Below the pieces are notes generated by a model. The model made no database searches, was not told the origin of the DNA, and was given only the letters and a program-made list of their open reading frames with translations. From Nemertoderma westbladi (lineage: Eukaryota; Animalia; Xenacoelomorpha), in assembly GCA_032718475.1 (NCBI GenBank), contig JAUCBJ010007147.1, positions 1-64,000 on the forward strand: 64,000 bases of DNA. Direction: 5' to 3'. A program made the translations under genes and the position numbers. Numbering within the stretch: position 1 is the stretch's first letter; each line of letters begins with the position of its first letter. This document shows, in pieces, positions 1 to 14,100 of the stretch.

Positions 1-147
1 ACTTTGGTTTACTAGCCTTATTATGTTTAAAGTTTAAAGTTATATATTTATTAATTCATAATATTAATATTGATATAGTTTAAAAAAAGAAACGGAAAGT
101 TACCTTCATACGATTTCGATCCATCTGTAACGTAAGTTTTTGCATAG

Positions 148-328
148 TGTAATTATATTTTAGTTATAATTAATTTTAGTAGTTATATTTTAGTTATAAT
201 TAATTTTAGTAATTATATTTTAGTTATAATTAATTTTAGTAATTATATTTTAGTTATAATTAATTTTAGTTATAATTAATTTTAGTAATTATATTTTAGT
301 TCTAATTAATTTTAGTAATTATATTTTA
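148..328. repeat. AT-rich ~30-bp tandem repeat, about 6 copies
   Basis: Unit AATTATATTTTAGTTATAATTAATTTTAGT recurs at 30-bp spacing, with one partial copy. Confidence 0.85.
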
Positions 329-2614
329 CCGGTATATTTATAATTTAGACAATTTCGGAATATTTTCGTCATTTCCGACGATTTTAGAACTACAGTACTT
401 ATCCAATATTTATCCCACATTATTAACTACAGGTTGCCAGTTCTCATGATGGGAAGGAATTCAATGTATTCGACATAAGTATTCCTCTATTTACCTCAAA
501 AATCCCACCACAGGCTGCCATAAATTCATTTAGCCTCAAACTATGGTCACGCATAATGACACCAGATGATATTATAGGAACAATTATAGAACCCGATTCG
601 ATTGGTTCAACATTTAGAACTGCAGCTCCAGATTTGAAGGTCAATATTCTTAAAGGTTAGTAGGCCTACTTTTTAAAGAGATATATACATACAATCGATG
701 TGTCGGTGCATAGTGAGAAAATGAAGTACCATCTGTAGGCCCATATATACAAATAGTGAAATGGACTACTGTACTTATCTTGTATATGTATATTATTATA
801 CTACAGTATATTGTATAAGTCGCATTGCAGTTAGTCCGATGGAAAGATAACAACATTTGAGGCCTGATCTATCTCGATTCCATCAAAAGTGTAAAATGAT
901 TTCGGAAATAAAATTACTGCCCAAGAAAACAAACCAACATCAATAGCACCACCGTGATTAGACCCAGCAAACTACTATAATGTTGGTTTAATTTATAATA
1001 TAACCCATATAAAGTATAATTATATATTTTACATTTTAGAAATGGTTACGAAGCGATTCAGTCTTAATAATTCACTATTTAGAAATGCGATGTGGCCCAA
1101 ATTAAGGCGATCCATTAACCAGAAGGGAATAGATGCTAAGAGGAAAGAAAAGGGTAGCCGCGATCGGGACCAGGGCGAGAACCATGAACAGTGTTAACAT
1201 CAAATAATTCATTAAAATATGCTACTGTGTGGGCGTTAATATATTATATATCATGTATTTTGTAAACTGCGATACATACTGTAGGCCTTCGTTTCATTTG
1301 CATGCATTTCTACTTAAAAATTTTAAAACGATATTTAGACGGATTAATTACATACAAAATATCCAAAATACAGATATGAACCCCCGGTTCGAGATATGCG
1401 GCTTACTACAGTACGGTATACTGTACACGTTCGTGTGGCCTTCGCGCAGCACAAGACTGTGTATACGTACCAAGTATGGTTTAATCATCAATGATTGACC
1501 GACTTATATCGGTTTTTATCAAAACTCTGAAACTGTCGATACCGAATGACTGACTGTCTGAATTTTTTTTTCTCAAACTTCGGGTTCTTTATAAACTTTT
1601 GACAAACTCCAAACATACCAAGTTTGGTTAAATTTTAACAAGGAATAATGGTACCCCTATTCTAAGGCTTCGCTCACAGCTTGGCACGCCGTCCCACATT
1701 CTAAATATAGTACATTGTTTGCAAATGCTTCTAAAGCCAACATTATATTAGCTTTATCTTTATAAGATTATTTTTATACTACTGTACTTAATATGCCGAC
1801 CCTAACAAATATGGGGGGGGGGGGGGGAACTCGACGCAAAACCCGCCTTGCGAATTAATATCCCGCCTCAATGTTAAATTCTCAATTTAGGGAAAGGAGC
1901 AGGTTACAGTAGCACGTTATTTTAACCAAAACAATAAACTAAACGCAATAGAGCAGGTTACAGTTTTATTATTGAAAGTAATCAGCTGTTACAGTATTTG
2001 CGTCGAATTTCCCCTGGAGAGGGATGAATTTTTATTGCGTCCAGTTCCCATCCCCCCTCCCCCTATCTGGATTTCAGTGGTAAAACTCGATCTTGCATTA
2101 CAAACGACGCTAAAAAAAACTCAACGATGACTTTTAAGAATTTAATCTTGAAGGTCGGCTTGTCAACACATAAAATAAAACAGTATGTTAGCAAAGAAAT
2201 TCAGTTCTATTTATTTTAAATAATTAATTGTTACATCATTTGCCGCTTCCGGGCGATTTGAGGGTTGTATTTTGTGGATATTGTAATTAAATATATACTG
2301 GCTATGATATTATATTGTTAGTCATGTTTACAAAGGAGTGATCATGCATAATAAGTAATTTGATAAATTTGCAACGATCGCGTATGCACATCCCCTAGCG
2401 AACAGCAAAGATCTGGTATATTCATAGTTAATCTGTAATGTTCTTACATGATCAGTGACTCCCTGCAAAGATCTGGGATGTACCTAGAAAATCTGTAAGG
2501 ATCTTAGACGATCAGTGCCTCCCCTGCAAAGATCAGTATCTGAAGTGCCAAGATCTTACAAAGAATGTTAACAAATCTTATCAAGATCTTTTCAGATTTC
2601 GCATGTTGCAAGAC

Positions 2615-2770
2615 TAGGGTGGAGATGTCACCGAGGGCAGTTTCTAAGTCTTCAAAGAAGGATAAGTTGCTTTGACGGTGATATATAGTTCCCAATAGGA
2701 TTGGTTTAGTATGAGGTAGATTTAGATTGCCGAAAATACATTCCAGTTCACTGTTGTGGCAGATTGGAAT
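2615..2770 (-). pseudogene. Degraded AP-endonuclease fragment of a CR1/L2-type LINE
   Basis: Minus-strand translation ELECIFGNLNLPHTKPILLGTIYHRQSNLSFFEDLETAL resembles the LINE APE segment E.I...L.....I..G.IYRPP. No RT nearby. Confidence 0.45.
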
Positions 2771-3789
2771 CTGTTTAAATGAAAGACTTTGCAGTATAGG
2801 CCTAGGAGCCAAGTCCTGAAGTCAGCAAGTAGCCTAACAGCCTAATATAGTAAAACAATGGATTCTGAAGATGAAGTTCAAACGGGTCTTCCAACTAATC
2901 AAACAGAATTTGATAAGATGAATCAGATGATGACGTTCCAATAGGTAAGACTGCAGGACTGTACGGTACCGGAACCGGTATGCGGTACATACACCAGTAC
3001 ACGTACAGCTGTAAGACACTGGACACTGCTGTACTGTGCCTGACTGTGATTGCTGGACTGTCACTCACTCCCCACCCACCACCCCTAGAGGAGACACAAG
3101 TCACAAAGTCAGCCAGTACTCCCAAGAGCAAACCGCTACTGGTACCCTGGTACTGGTGGGCCTATATGGAATACTGACAAAAGGCGCGCCACATGGGTTC
3201 TGGTTAAAAGAAAAGCGCACCAAACATTGCATTCAGTGCATGCCAACCATTCTGCTATTGGATATGAAAATTTGCAATAATTGTAATTAATCATATATCC
3301 TTTTATAATGCAATAGAGGCTACAGTATTTTAACATTAAAATACGAGCGTAGAGAGCAAGGAAATTTTTCGGAAATGTTAACATTAATATTAATACAGTA
3401 CTTAACAGCCTAATACAGTAATATTCAGAGGTCAACCCCGAGGAAATTTTTTTGGAAAATGTTAACATTAATACAAATTCAGTACCGGTACCTAATATTC
3501 AGAGGTCAACCAACTGTTTTTAAATATATGTGAATATGATGTGATAAAATTGAGAGTGTAGCAAGCACGAAAATGTTAACATTTATACAGTTTATACTGA
3601 CGGATTGTTTTTAAATTTAGCTGTGATTAAATTGCGAGCATAGCTATAGCAAGCACGGAAATTCTGCTGAATCATGGTTTTATTCGTTTATATTGCAGTA
3701 CTGGTTTGAACAATTGAAAAACTGTTGACAGCCGCAAGACATTGGATACAGGTGTAGTTTGTTACATTCTGACATTAAATATATAAACT

Positions 3790-3806
3790 TTGTACATTAT
3801 CTTCAG
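3790..3806 (+). promoter_or_regulatory. Probable 3' splice acceptor upstream of the TOP1 ATG, implying a non-coding upstream exon
   Basis: TTGTACATTATCTTCAG|G at the AT-rich to GC-rich transition. An in-frame TAG at 3826 supports ATG 3865 as the start. Confidence 0.45.
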
Positions 3807-3864
3807 GTCAAATCACGCGGCAGCATAGCTGGCTGAACGGGCAGGTTGAGAGGGGGGTCAAGAC

Positions 3865-5130
3865 ATGTCGGACAACGACATTCCGCTGCTACGGACATCC
3901 GCTGGAAAATCAGGACACATTCGGACTCCGGACAACCACTTGGCGGAAAAGCGACGCCATTCCGTCACGGGCGAGGGGTCTAGCCATCACAGTAAACATG
4001 AGAAACACGATAAACATAAATGCGACAAACATAAACACGACAAACATAATAAACACGACAAACATAATAAACACGACAAACATAAAAACAGAGAAGATAA
4101 ACTCAAATACCCGGGGCTTTCGACGCGGGTAAAATCGGAACTGGAAAGCGACTACAACGAAGACGATGACGACTATAAACCGATGAAAAAAACAATTAAA
4201 GTAGAAAAAGTAAAAGACAAAGTAGTAAAGAAAGAGACTAAAGTAAATGGGATACGAGAAAGTAAAAACGAGAAGAGACAGAGCGATGCCAGGGCCACCA
4301 GCTCCCCGCGGAAAAAACCAAAGAGAGAACCAGAGGAAGTGTGGGAGTGGTGGAAGGAAGCCCCCAAAGCGGAGGGGGTTAAATGGAGTTCATTGACCCA
4401 CAGAGGTCCATGGTTCCCCCCGGCCTACAAACCCCTCCCGGCCACCGTTGTCTTTCGTTACGACAGACAGCCACTCTGTCTGTCCACCAATGCCGAGGAG
4501 GTGATGGGTTTCTACGCGAAGATGCTGGACCATGATTACACCGCCAATGACGTCTTCAATAAGAACTTCATGCACGACTGGCGGAAGGTGATGACTCATG
4601 ATGAGCGGAGGAAAATCACCGATATAAATAAGTGCGACTTCCGGGCGGTTCACACATACTTCATGGAGCAGAGTGAGGAGCTCAAAGCCGCGAGCAAAGA
4701 GGAGAAACAGAAGCGTAAAGAGGAGAACGAAGCGATCACTAAGGAGTTTGGGTTCGCCATGCTGGACGGGCATAAGGAGAAGCTCGGGGCCTTCCGGATG
4801 GAGCCCCCCGGGTTGTTCCGGGGGCGGGGCAACCATCCCAAGATGGGGAAACTAAAGAAACGCATACAGCCCGAGGATGTTACCATCAACATCTCGAAGG
4901 GGGCAACCCCCCCGCCCCCCGCGGGGCACCGATGGAAGGAAGTGAAGCACGATGTGTCAGTCACCTGGTTGGCCTGTTGGACGGAGAATGTCCAGGCCAA
5001 CATCAAGTACGTCATGTTTAGCCCTCAGAGCAAGCTGAAAGGCGTGAAAGATATGCAGAAGTATGATAAAGCGAGGGAGCTTATCAAACACGTGGATCAG
5101 ATACGGAAGGCTTACACGGACGACTTCCAG
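3865..5130 (+). CDS. TOP1: DNA topoisomerase IB, coding exon 1 (422 codons)
   Basis: His/Lys/Asp-rich N-terminus (HDKHNK repeats), then core motifs WEWW, KWSSLTHRGP, FYAKML, EPPGLFRGRGNHPKMGKLKKRI, WLACWTEN. Ends AYTDDFQ at a phase-0 donor CAG|GTAGGT (5130/5131). Confidence 0.96.
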
Positions 5131-8100
5131 GTAGGTTCGGGAATGCAGATGACGTGACTTCCAGGTAGGTCCGGGAACACAGACGACTTCCGGGTTGGTT
5201 CGGGAACACAGATGACTTCCAGGTAGGTTTGGGAACACAGGCGACTTCCAGGTAGGTTTGGGAACACAGACGACTTCCAGGTAGGTTTGTGAACACAGGC
5301 GACTTCCAGGTTGGTTCGTGAACACAGACGACTTCCAGGTTGGTTCGAGAACACAGACGACTTCCTGGTAGGTTTGGGAAATGGGAACACAGGCGACTTC
5401 CAGGTAGGTTCGGGAACACAGCCGACTTCCAGGTTGGTTCGGGAACACAGACGACTTCCACGTTGGTTTGGGAACACAGACAACTTCCAGGTTGATTCGG
5501 GAACACAGACGACTTCCAGGTAGGTTTGGGAACACAGGCGACTTCCTGGTAGGTTTGGGAAATGGGAACACAGACGACTTCCAGGTAGGTTCGGGAACAC
5601 ATACGACTTCCATGTAGGTTCGGGAACACAGACGACTTCCAGGTTGGTTTGGGAACACAGACGACTTCCAGGTAGGTTTGGGAAAACAGACGACTTCCGG
5701 GTTGGTTTGGGAACACAGACGACTTCCGGGTTGGTTTGGGAACGCAGGCGACTTCCGGGTTGGTTTGGGAAATGGGAACACAGACGACTTCCAGGTAGGT
5801 TTGGGAACACATACGACTTCCATGTAGGTTCGGGAATACAGACGACTTCCAGGTAGGTTTGGTAACACAGACGACTTCCAGGTAGGTTTGGTAACACAGA
5901 CGACTTCCGGGTTGGTTTGGGAACACAGACGACTTCCAGGTAGGTTTGGGAACACAGATGACTTCCGGGTTGGTTCAGGAACACAGACGACTTCCAGGTG
6001 GGTTTGGAAACACAGACAACTTCCAGGTTGATTCGGGAACACAGACGACATTCCACGTTGGTTTGGGAACACAGACAACTTCCAGGTTGATTCGGGAACA
6101 CAGACGACTTCCAGGTAGGTTTGGGAACACAGACGACTTCCTGGTAGGTTTGGGAAATGGGAACACAGACGACTTCCAGGTAGGTTTGGGAACACATACG
6201 ACTTCCATGTAGGTTCGGGAACACAGACGACTTCCAGGTAGGTTTGGGAACACAGATGACTTCCGGGTTGGTTCGGGAACACAGACGACTTCCAGGTGGG
6301 TTTGGAAACACAGACAACTTCCAGGTTGATTCGGGAACACAGACGACATTCCACGTTGGTTTGGGAACACAGACAACTTCCAGGTTGATTCGGGAACACA
6401 GACGACATTCCACGTTGGTTTGGGAACACAGACAACTTCCAGGTTGATTCGGGAACACAGACGACTTCCAGGTAGGTTTGGGAACACAGACGACTTCCAG
6501 GTAGGTTCGGGAACACAGACAACTTCCAGGTTGATTCGGGAACACAGACGACATTCCACGTTGGTTTGGGAACACAGGCAACTTCCAGGTTGATTCGGGA
6601 ACACAGACGACTTCCTGGTAGGTTTGGGAAATGGGAACACAGACGACTTCCAGGTAGGTTCGGGAACACAGACACTTCCAGGTAGGTTTGGGAACACAGA
6701 CGACTTCCATGTAGGTTCAGGAACATAGATGACTTCCGGGTTGGTTCGGGAACACAGACGACTTCCAGTTTGGTTTGGGAACACAGACGACTTCCAGGTT
6801 GGTTTGGGAACACAGACGACTTCCAGGTAGGTTTGGTAACACAGACGACTTCCGGGTTGGTTTGGGAACGCAGGCGACTTCCATGTAGGTTCGGGAACAT
6901 AGATGACTTCTGGGTTGGTTCGGAAACACAGACGACTTCCAGGTAGGTTTGGGAACACAGACGACTTCCGGGTTGGTTCAGGAACACAGACGACTTCCAG
7001 GTAGGTTTGGTAACACAGACGACTTCCAGGTAGGTTTGGTAACACAGACGACTTCCGGGTTGGTTTGGGAACACAGACAACTTCCATGTAGGTTCGGGAA
7101 CATAGATGACTTCCGGGTTGGTTCGGAAACACAGACGACTTCCAGGTAGGTTTGGGAACTCAGACGACTTCCAGGTAGGTTTGGGAAATGGGAACACAGA
7201 CGACTTCCAGGTAGGTTTGGGAACACATACGACTTCCATGTAGGTTCGGGAACACAGACGACTTCCAGGTAGGTTTGGGAACACAGATGACTTCCGGGTT
7301 GGTTCGGGAACACAGACGACTTCCAGGTGGGTTTGGAAACACAGACAACTTCCAGGTTGATTCGGGAACACAGACGACATTCCACGTTGGTTTGGGAACA
7401 CAGACAACTTCCAGGTTGATTCGGGAACACAGACGACATTCCACGTTGGTTTGGGAACACAGACAACTTCCAGGTTGATTCGGGAACACAGACGACTTCC
7501 AGGTAGGTTTGGGAACACAGACGACTTCCGGGTTGGTTTGGGAACGCAGGCGACTTGCAGGTAGGTTTGGGAATATAAACGACTTCCGGGTTGGTTTGGG
7601 AACACAGACGACTTCCAGGTAGGTTTGGGAACACAGACGACTTCCTGGTAGGTTTGGGAACACAGACGACTTCCAGGTAGGTTCGGGAACACAGACACTT
7701 CCAGGTAGGTTTGGGAACACAGACGACTTCCTGGTAGGTTCGGGAACACAGACGACTTCCATGTAGGTTCGGGAACATAGATGACTTCCGGGTTGGTTCG
7801 GGAACACAGACGACTTCCAGTTTGGTTTGGGAACACAGACGACTTCCAGGTTGGTTTGGGAACACAGACGACTTCCAGGTAGGTTTGGTAACACAGACGA
7901 CTTCCGGGTTGGTTTGGGAACGCAGGCGACTTCCATGTAGGTTCGGGAACATAGATGACTTCTGGGTTGGTTCGGAAACACAGACGACTTCCAGGTAGGT
8001 TTGGGAACACAGACGACTTCCGGGTTGGTTCAGGAACACAGACGACTTCCAGGTAGGTTTGGTAACACAGACGACTTCCAGGTAGGTTTGGTAACACAGA

Positions 8101-11100
8101 CGACTTCCGGGTTGGTTTGGGAACACAGACAACTTCCATGTAGGTTCGGGAACATAGATGACTTCCGGGTTGGTTCGGAAACACAGACGACTTCCAGGTA
8201 GGTTTGGGAACACAGACGACTTCCAGGTAGGTTTGGTAACACAGACGACTTCCGGGTTGGTTTGGGAACACAGACGACTTCCATGTAGGTTCGGGAACAT
8301 AGATGACTTCCGGGTTGGTTCGGAAACACAGACGACTTCCAGGTAGGTTTGGGAACACAGACGACTTCCGGGTTGGTTCAGGAACACAGACGACTTCCGG
8401 GTTGGTTTGGGAACACAGACGACTTCCATGTAGGTTCGGGAACATAGATGACTTCCGGGTTGGTTCGGAAACACAGACGACTTCCATGTAGGTTCGGGAA
8501 CATAGATGACTTCCGGGTTGGTTCGGAAACACAGACGACTTCCAGGTAGGTTTGGGAACACAGACGACTTCCAGGTAGGTTTGGTAACACAGACGACTTC
8601 CGGGTTGGTTTGGGAACACAGACGACTTCCATGTAGGTTCGGGAACATAGATGACTTCCGGGTTGGTTCGGAAACACAGACGACTTCCAGGTAGGTTTGG
8701 GAACACAGACGACTTCCGGGTTGGTTCAGGAACACAGGCGACTTCCAGGTTGGTTTGGGAACACAGACGACTTCCAGGTTGGTTTGGGAACACAGACGAC
8801 TTCCTGGTTGATTCGGGAACACAGACGACTTCCAGGTAGTTTCGGGAACACAGACACTTCCGGGTTGGTTTGGGAACACAGACGACTTCCAGGTAGGTTC
8901 GGGAACACATACGACTTCCATGTAGGTTCGGGAACACAGACGACTTCCAGGTAGGTTCGGGAACACAGACGACTTCCAGGTAGGTTTGGGAACACAGACG
9001 ACTTCCGGGTTGGTTTGGGAACGCAGGCGACTTCCATGTAGGTTCGGGAACACAGACGACTTCCAGGTAGGTTCGGGAACACAGACGACTTCCAGGTAGG
9101 TTTGGGAACACAGACGACTTCCGGGTTGGTTTGGGAACGCAGGCGACTTGCAGGTAGGTTTGGGAATATAAACGACTTCCAGGTTGGTTTGGGAACACAG
9201 ACGACTTCCAGGTAGGTTTGGGAACACGGACGACTTCCTGGTAGGTTTGGGAAATGGGAACACAGACGACTTCCAGGTAGGTTCGGGAACACAGACACTT
9301 CCAGGTAGGTTTGGGAACACAGACGACTTCCATGTAGGTTCAGGAACATAGATGACTTCCGGGTTGGTTCGGGAACACAGACGACTTCCAGTTTGGTTTG
9401 GGAACACAGACGACTTCCAGGTTGGTTTGGGAACACAGACGACTTCCAGGTAGGTTTGGTAACACAGACGACTTCCGGGTTGGTTTGGGAACGCAGGCGA
9501 CTTCCATGTAGGTTCGGGAACATAGATGACTTCTGGGTTGGTTCGGAAACACAGACGATTTCCAGGTAGGTTTGGGAACACAGACGACTTCCGGGTTGGT
9601 TCAGGAACACAGACGACTTCCAGGTAGGTTTGGTAACACAGACGACTTCCAGGTAGGTTTGGTAACACAGACGACTTCCGGGTTGGTTTGGGAACACAGA
9701 CAACTTCCATGTAGGTTCGGGAACATAGATGACTTCCGGGTTGGTTCGGAAACACAGACGACTTCCAGGTAGGTTTGGGAACACAGACGACTTCCAGGTA
9801 GGTTTGGTAACACAGACGACTTCCGGGTTGGTTTGGGAACACAGACGACTTCCATGTAGGTTCGGGAACATAGATGACTTCCGGGTTGGTTCGGAAACAC
9901 AGACGACTTCCAGGTAGGTTTGGGAACACAGACGACTTCCGGGTTGGTTCAGGAACACAGACGACTTCCGGGTTGGTTTGGGAACACAGACGACTTCCAT
10001 GTAGGTTCGGGAACATAGATGACTTCCGGGTTGGTTCGGAAACACAGACGACTTCCATGTAGGTTCGGGAACATAGATGACTTCCGGGTTGGTTCGGAAA
10101 CACAGACGACTTCCAGGTAGGTTTGGGAACACAGACGACTTCCAGGTAGGTTTGGGAACACAGACGACTTCCAGGTAGGTTCGGGAACACAGACGACTTC
10201 CAGGTAGGTTTGGTAACACAGACGACTTCCAGGTAGGTTTGGTAACACAGACGACTTCCGGGTTGGTTTGGGAACACAGACGACATTCCACGTTGGTTTG
10301 GGAACACAGACAACTTCCAGGTTGATTCGGGAACACAGACGACTTCCAGGTAGGTTTGGGAACACAGACGACTTCCTGGTAGGTTTGGGAAATGGGAACA
10401 CAGACGACTTCCAGGTAGGTTTGGGAACACATACGACTTCCATGTAGGTTCGGGAACACAGACGACTTCCAGGTAGGTTTGGGAACACAGATGACTTCCG
10501 GGTTGGTTCGGGAACACAGACGACTTCCAGGTGGGTTTGGAAACACAGACAACTTCCAGGTTGATTCGGGAACACAGACGACATTCCACGTTGGTTTGGG
10601 AACACAGACAACTTCCAGGTTGATTCGGGAACACAGACGACATTCCACGTTGGTTTGGGAACACAGACAACTTCCAGGTTGATTCGGGAACACAGACGAC
10701 TTCCAGGTAGGTTTGGGAACACAGACGACTTCCAGGTAGGTTCGGGAACACAGACAACTTCCAGGTTGATTCGGGAACACAGACGACATTCCACGTTGGT
10801 TTGGGAACACAGGCAACTTCCAGGTTGATTCGGGAACACAGACGACTTCCTGGTAGGTTTGGGAAATGGGAACACAGACGACTTCCAGGTAGGTTCGGGA
10901 ACACAGACACTTCCAGGTAGGTTTGGGAACACAGACGACTTCCATGTAGGTTCAGGAACATAGATGACTTCCGGGTTGGTTCGGGAACACAGACGACTTC
11001 CAGTTTGGTTTGGGAACACAGACGACTTCCAGGTTGGTTTGGGAACACAGACGACTTCCAGGTAGGTTTGGTAACACAGACGACTTCCGGGTTGGTTTGG

Positions 11101-14100
11101 GAACGCAGGCGACTTCCATGTAGGTTCGGGAACATAGATGACTTCTGGGTTGGTTCGGAAACACAGACGACTTCCAGGTAGGTTTGGGAACACAGACGAC
11201 TTCCGGGTTGGTTCAGGAACACAGACGACTTCCAGGTAGGTTTGGTAACACAGACGACTTCCAGGTAGGTTTGGTAACACAGACGACTTCCGGGTTGGTT
11301 TGGGAACACAGACAACTTCCATGTAGGTTCGGGAACATAGATGACTTCCGGGTTGGTTCGGAAACACAGACGACTTCCAGGTAGGTTTGGGAACTCAGAC
11401 GACTTCCAGGTAGGTTTGGGAAATGGGAACACAGACGACTTCCAGGTAGGTTTGGGAACACATACGACTTCCATGTAGGTTCGGGAACACAGACGACTTC
11501 CAGGTAGGTTTGGGAACACAGATGACTTCCGGGTTGGTTCGGGAACACAGACGACTTCCAGGTGGGTTTGGAAACACAGACAACTTCCAGGTTGATTCGG
11601 GAACACAGACGACATTCCACGTTGGTTTGGGAACACAGACAACTTCCAGGTTGATTCGGGAACACAGACGACATTCCACGTTGGTTTGGGAACACAGACA
11701 ACTTCCAGGTTGATTCGGGAACACAGACGACTTCCAGGTAGGTTTGGGAACACAGACGACTTCCAGGTAGGTTCGGGAACACAGACAACTTCCAGGTTGA
11801 TTCGGGAACACAGACGACATTCCACGTTGGTTTGGGAACACAGACAACTTCCAGGTTGATTCGGGAACACAGACGACTTCCTGGTTGATTCGGGAACACA
11901 GACGACTTCCAGGTAGTTTCGGGAACACAGACACTTCCGGGTTGGTTCGGGAACACAGACGACTTCCAGGTTGGTTTGGGAACACAGACGACTTCCAGGT
12001 TGGTTTGGGAACACAGACGACTTCCTGGTTGATTCGGGAACACAGACGACTTCCAGGTAGTTTCGGGAACACAGACACTTCCGGGTTGGTTTGGGAACAC
12101 AGACGACTTCCAGGTAGGTTCGGGAACACATACGACTTCCATGTAGGTTCGGGAACACAGACGACTTCCAGGTAGGTTTGGGAACACAGACGACTTCCAG
12201 GTAGGTTTGGGAACACAGACGACTTCCAGGTAGGTTTGGGAACACAGACGACTTCCAGGTAGGTTTGGGAACACAGACGACTTCCGGGTTGGTTTCGGGA
12301 ACACAGACGACTTCCAGGTAGGTTTGGGAACACAGACGACTTCCAGGTAGGTTTGGGAACACAGACGACTTCCGGGTTGGTTTGGGAACGCAGGCGACTT
12401 GCAGGTAGGTTTGGGAATATAAACGACTTCCGGGTTGGTTTGGGAACACAGACGACTTCCAGGTAGGTTTGGGAACACGGACGACTTCCTGGTAGGTTTG
12501 GGAAATGGGAACACAGACGACTTCCAGGTAGGTTCGGGAACACAGACACTTCCAGGTAGGTTTGGGAACACAGACGACTTCCATGTAGGTTCAGGAACAT
12601 AGATGACTTCCGGGTTGGTTCGGGAACACAGACGACTTCCAGTTTGGTTTGGGAACACAGACGACTTCCAGGTTGGTTTGGGAACACAGACGACTTCCAG
12701 GTAGGTTTGGTAACACAGACGACTTCCGGGTTGGTTTGGGAACGCAGGCGACTTCCATGTAGGTTCGGGAACATAGATGACTTCTGGGTTGGTTCGGAAA
12801 CACAGACGACTTCCAGGTAGGTTTGGGAACACAGACGACTTCCGGGTTGGTTCAGGAACACAGACGACTTCCAGGTAGGTTTGGTAACACAGACGACTTC
12901 CAGGTAGGTTTGGTAACACAGACGACTTCCGGGTTGGTTCGGGAACACAGACGACTTCCAGGTAGGTTTGGAACACAGACGACTTCCAGGTAGGTTTGGT
13001 AACACAGACGACTTCCAGGTAGGTTCGGGAACACAGACGACTTCCAGGTAGGTTCGGGAACACAGACGACTTCCAGGTAGGTTTGGGAACACAGACGACT
13101 TCCGGGTTGGTTTGGGAACGCAGGCGACTTGCAGGTAGGTTTGGGAATATAAACGACTTCCAGGTTGGTTTGGGAACACAGACGACTTCCAGGTAGGTTT
13201 GGGAACACGGACGACTTCCTGGTAGGTTTGGGAAATGGGAACACAGACGACTTCCAGGTAGGTTCGGGAACACAGACACTTCCAGGTAGGTTTGGGAACA
13301 CAGACGACTTCCATGTAGGTTCAGGAACATAGATGACTTCCGGGTTGGTTCGGGAACACAGACGACTTCCAGTTTGGTTTGGGAACACAGACGACTTCCA
13401 GGTTGGTTTGGGAACACAGACGACTTCCAGGTAGGTTTGGTAACACAGACGACTTCCGGGTTGGTTTGGGAACGCAGGCGACTTCCATGTAGGTTCGGGA
13501 ACATAGATGACTTCTGGGTTGGTTCGGAAACACAGACGACTTCCAGGTAGGTTTGGGAACACAGACGACTTCCGGGTTGGTTCAGGAACACAGACGACTT
13601 CCAGGTAGGTTTGGTAACACAGACGACTTCCAGGTAGGTTTGGTAACACAGACGACTTCCGGGTTGGTTTGGGAACACAGACAACTTCCATGTAGGTTCG
13701 GGAACATAGATGACTTCCGGGTTGGTTCGGAAACACAGACGACTTCCAGGTAGGTTTGGGAACACAGACGACTTCCAGGTAGGTTTGGTAACACAGACGA
13801 CTTCCGGGTTGGTTTGGGAACACAGACGACTTCCATGTAGGTTCGGGAACATAGACGACTTCCGGGTTGGTTCGGAAACACAGACGACTTCCAGGTAGGT
13901 TTGGGAACACAGACGACTTCCAGGTTGGTTCGGGAACACAGACGACTTCCGGGTTGGTTTGGGAACACAGACGACTTCCATGTAGGTTCGGGAACATAGA
14001 TGACTTCCGGGTTGGTTCGGAAACACAGACGACTTCCATGTAGGTTCGGGAACATAGATGACTTCCGGGTTGGTTCGGAAACACAGACGACTTCCAGGTA

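Noticed and set aside
5131-5157. TOP1 ending at VGSGMQMT
   Set aside because: Read-through into the intron. Homology continues at 26893.
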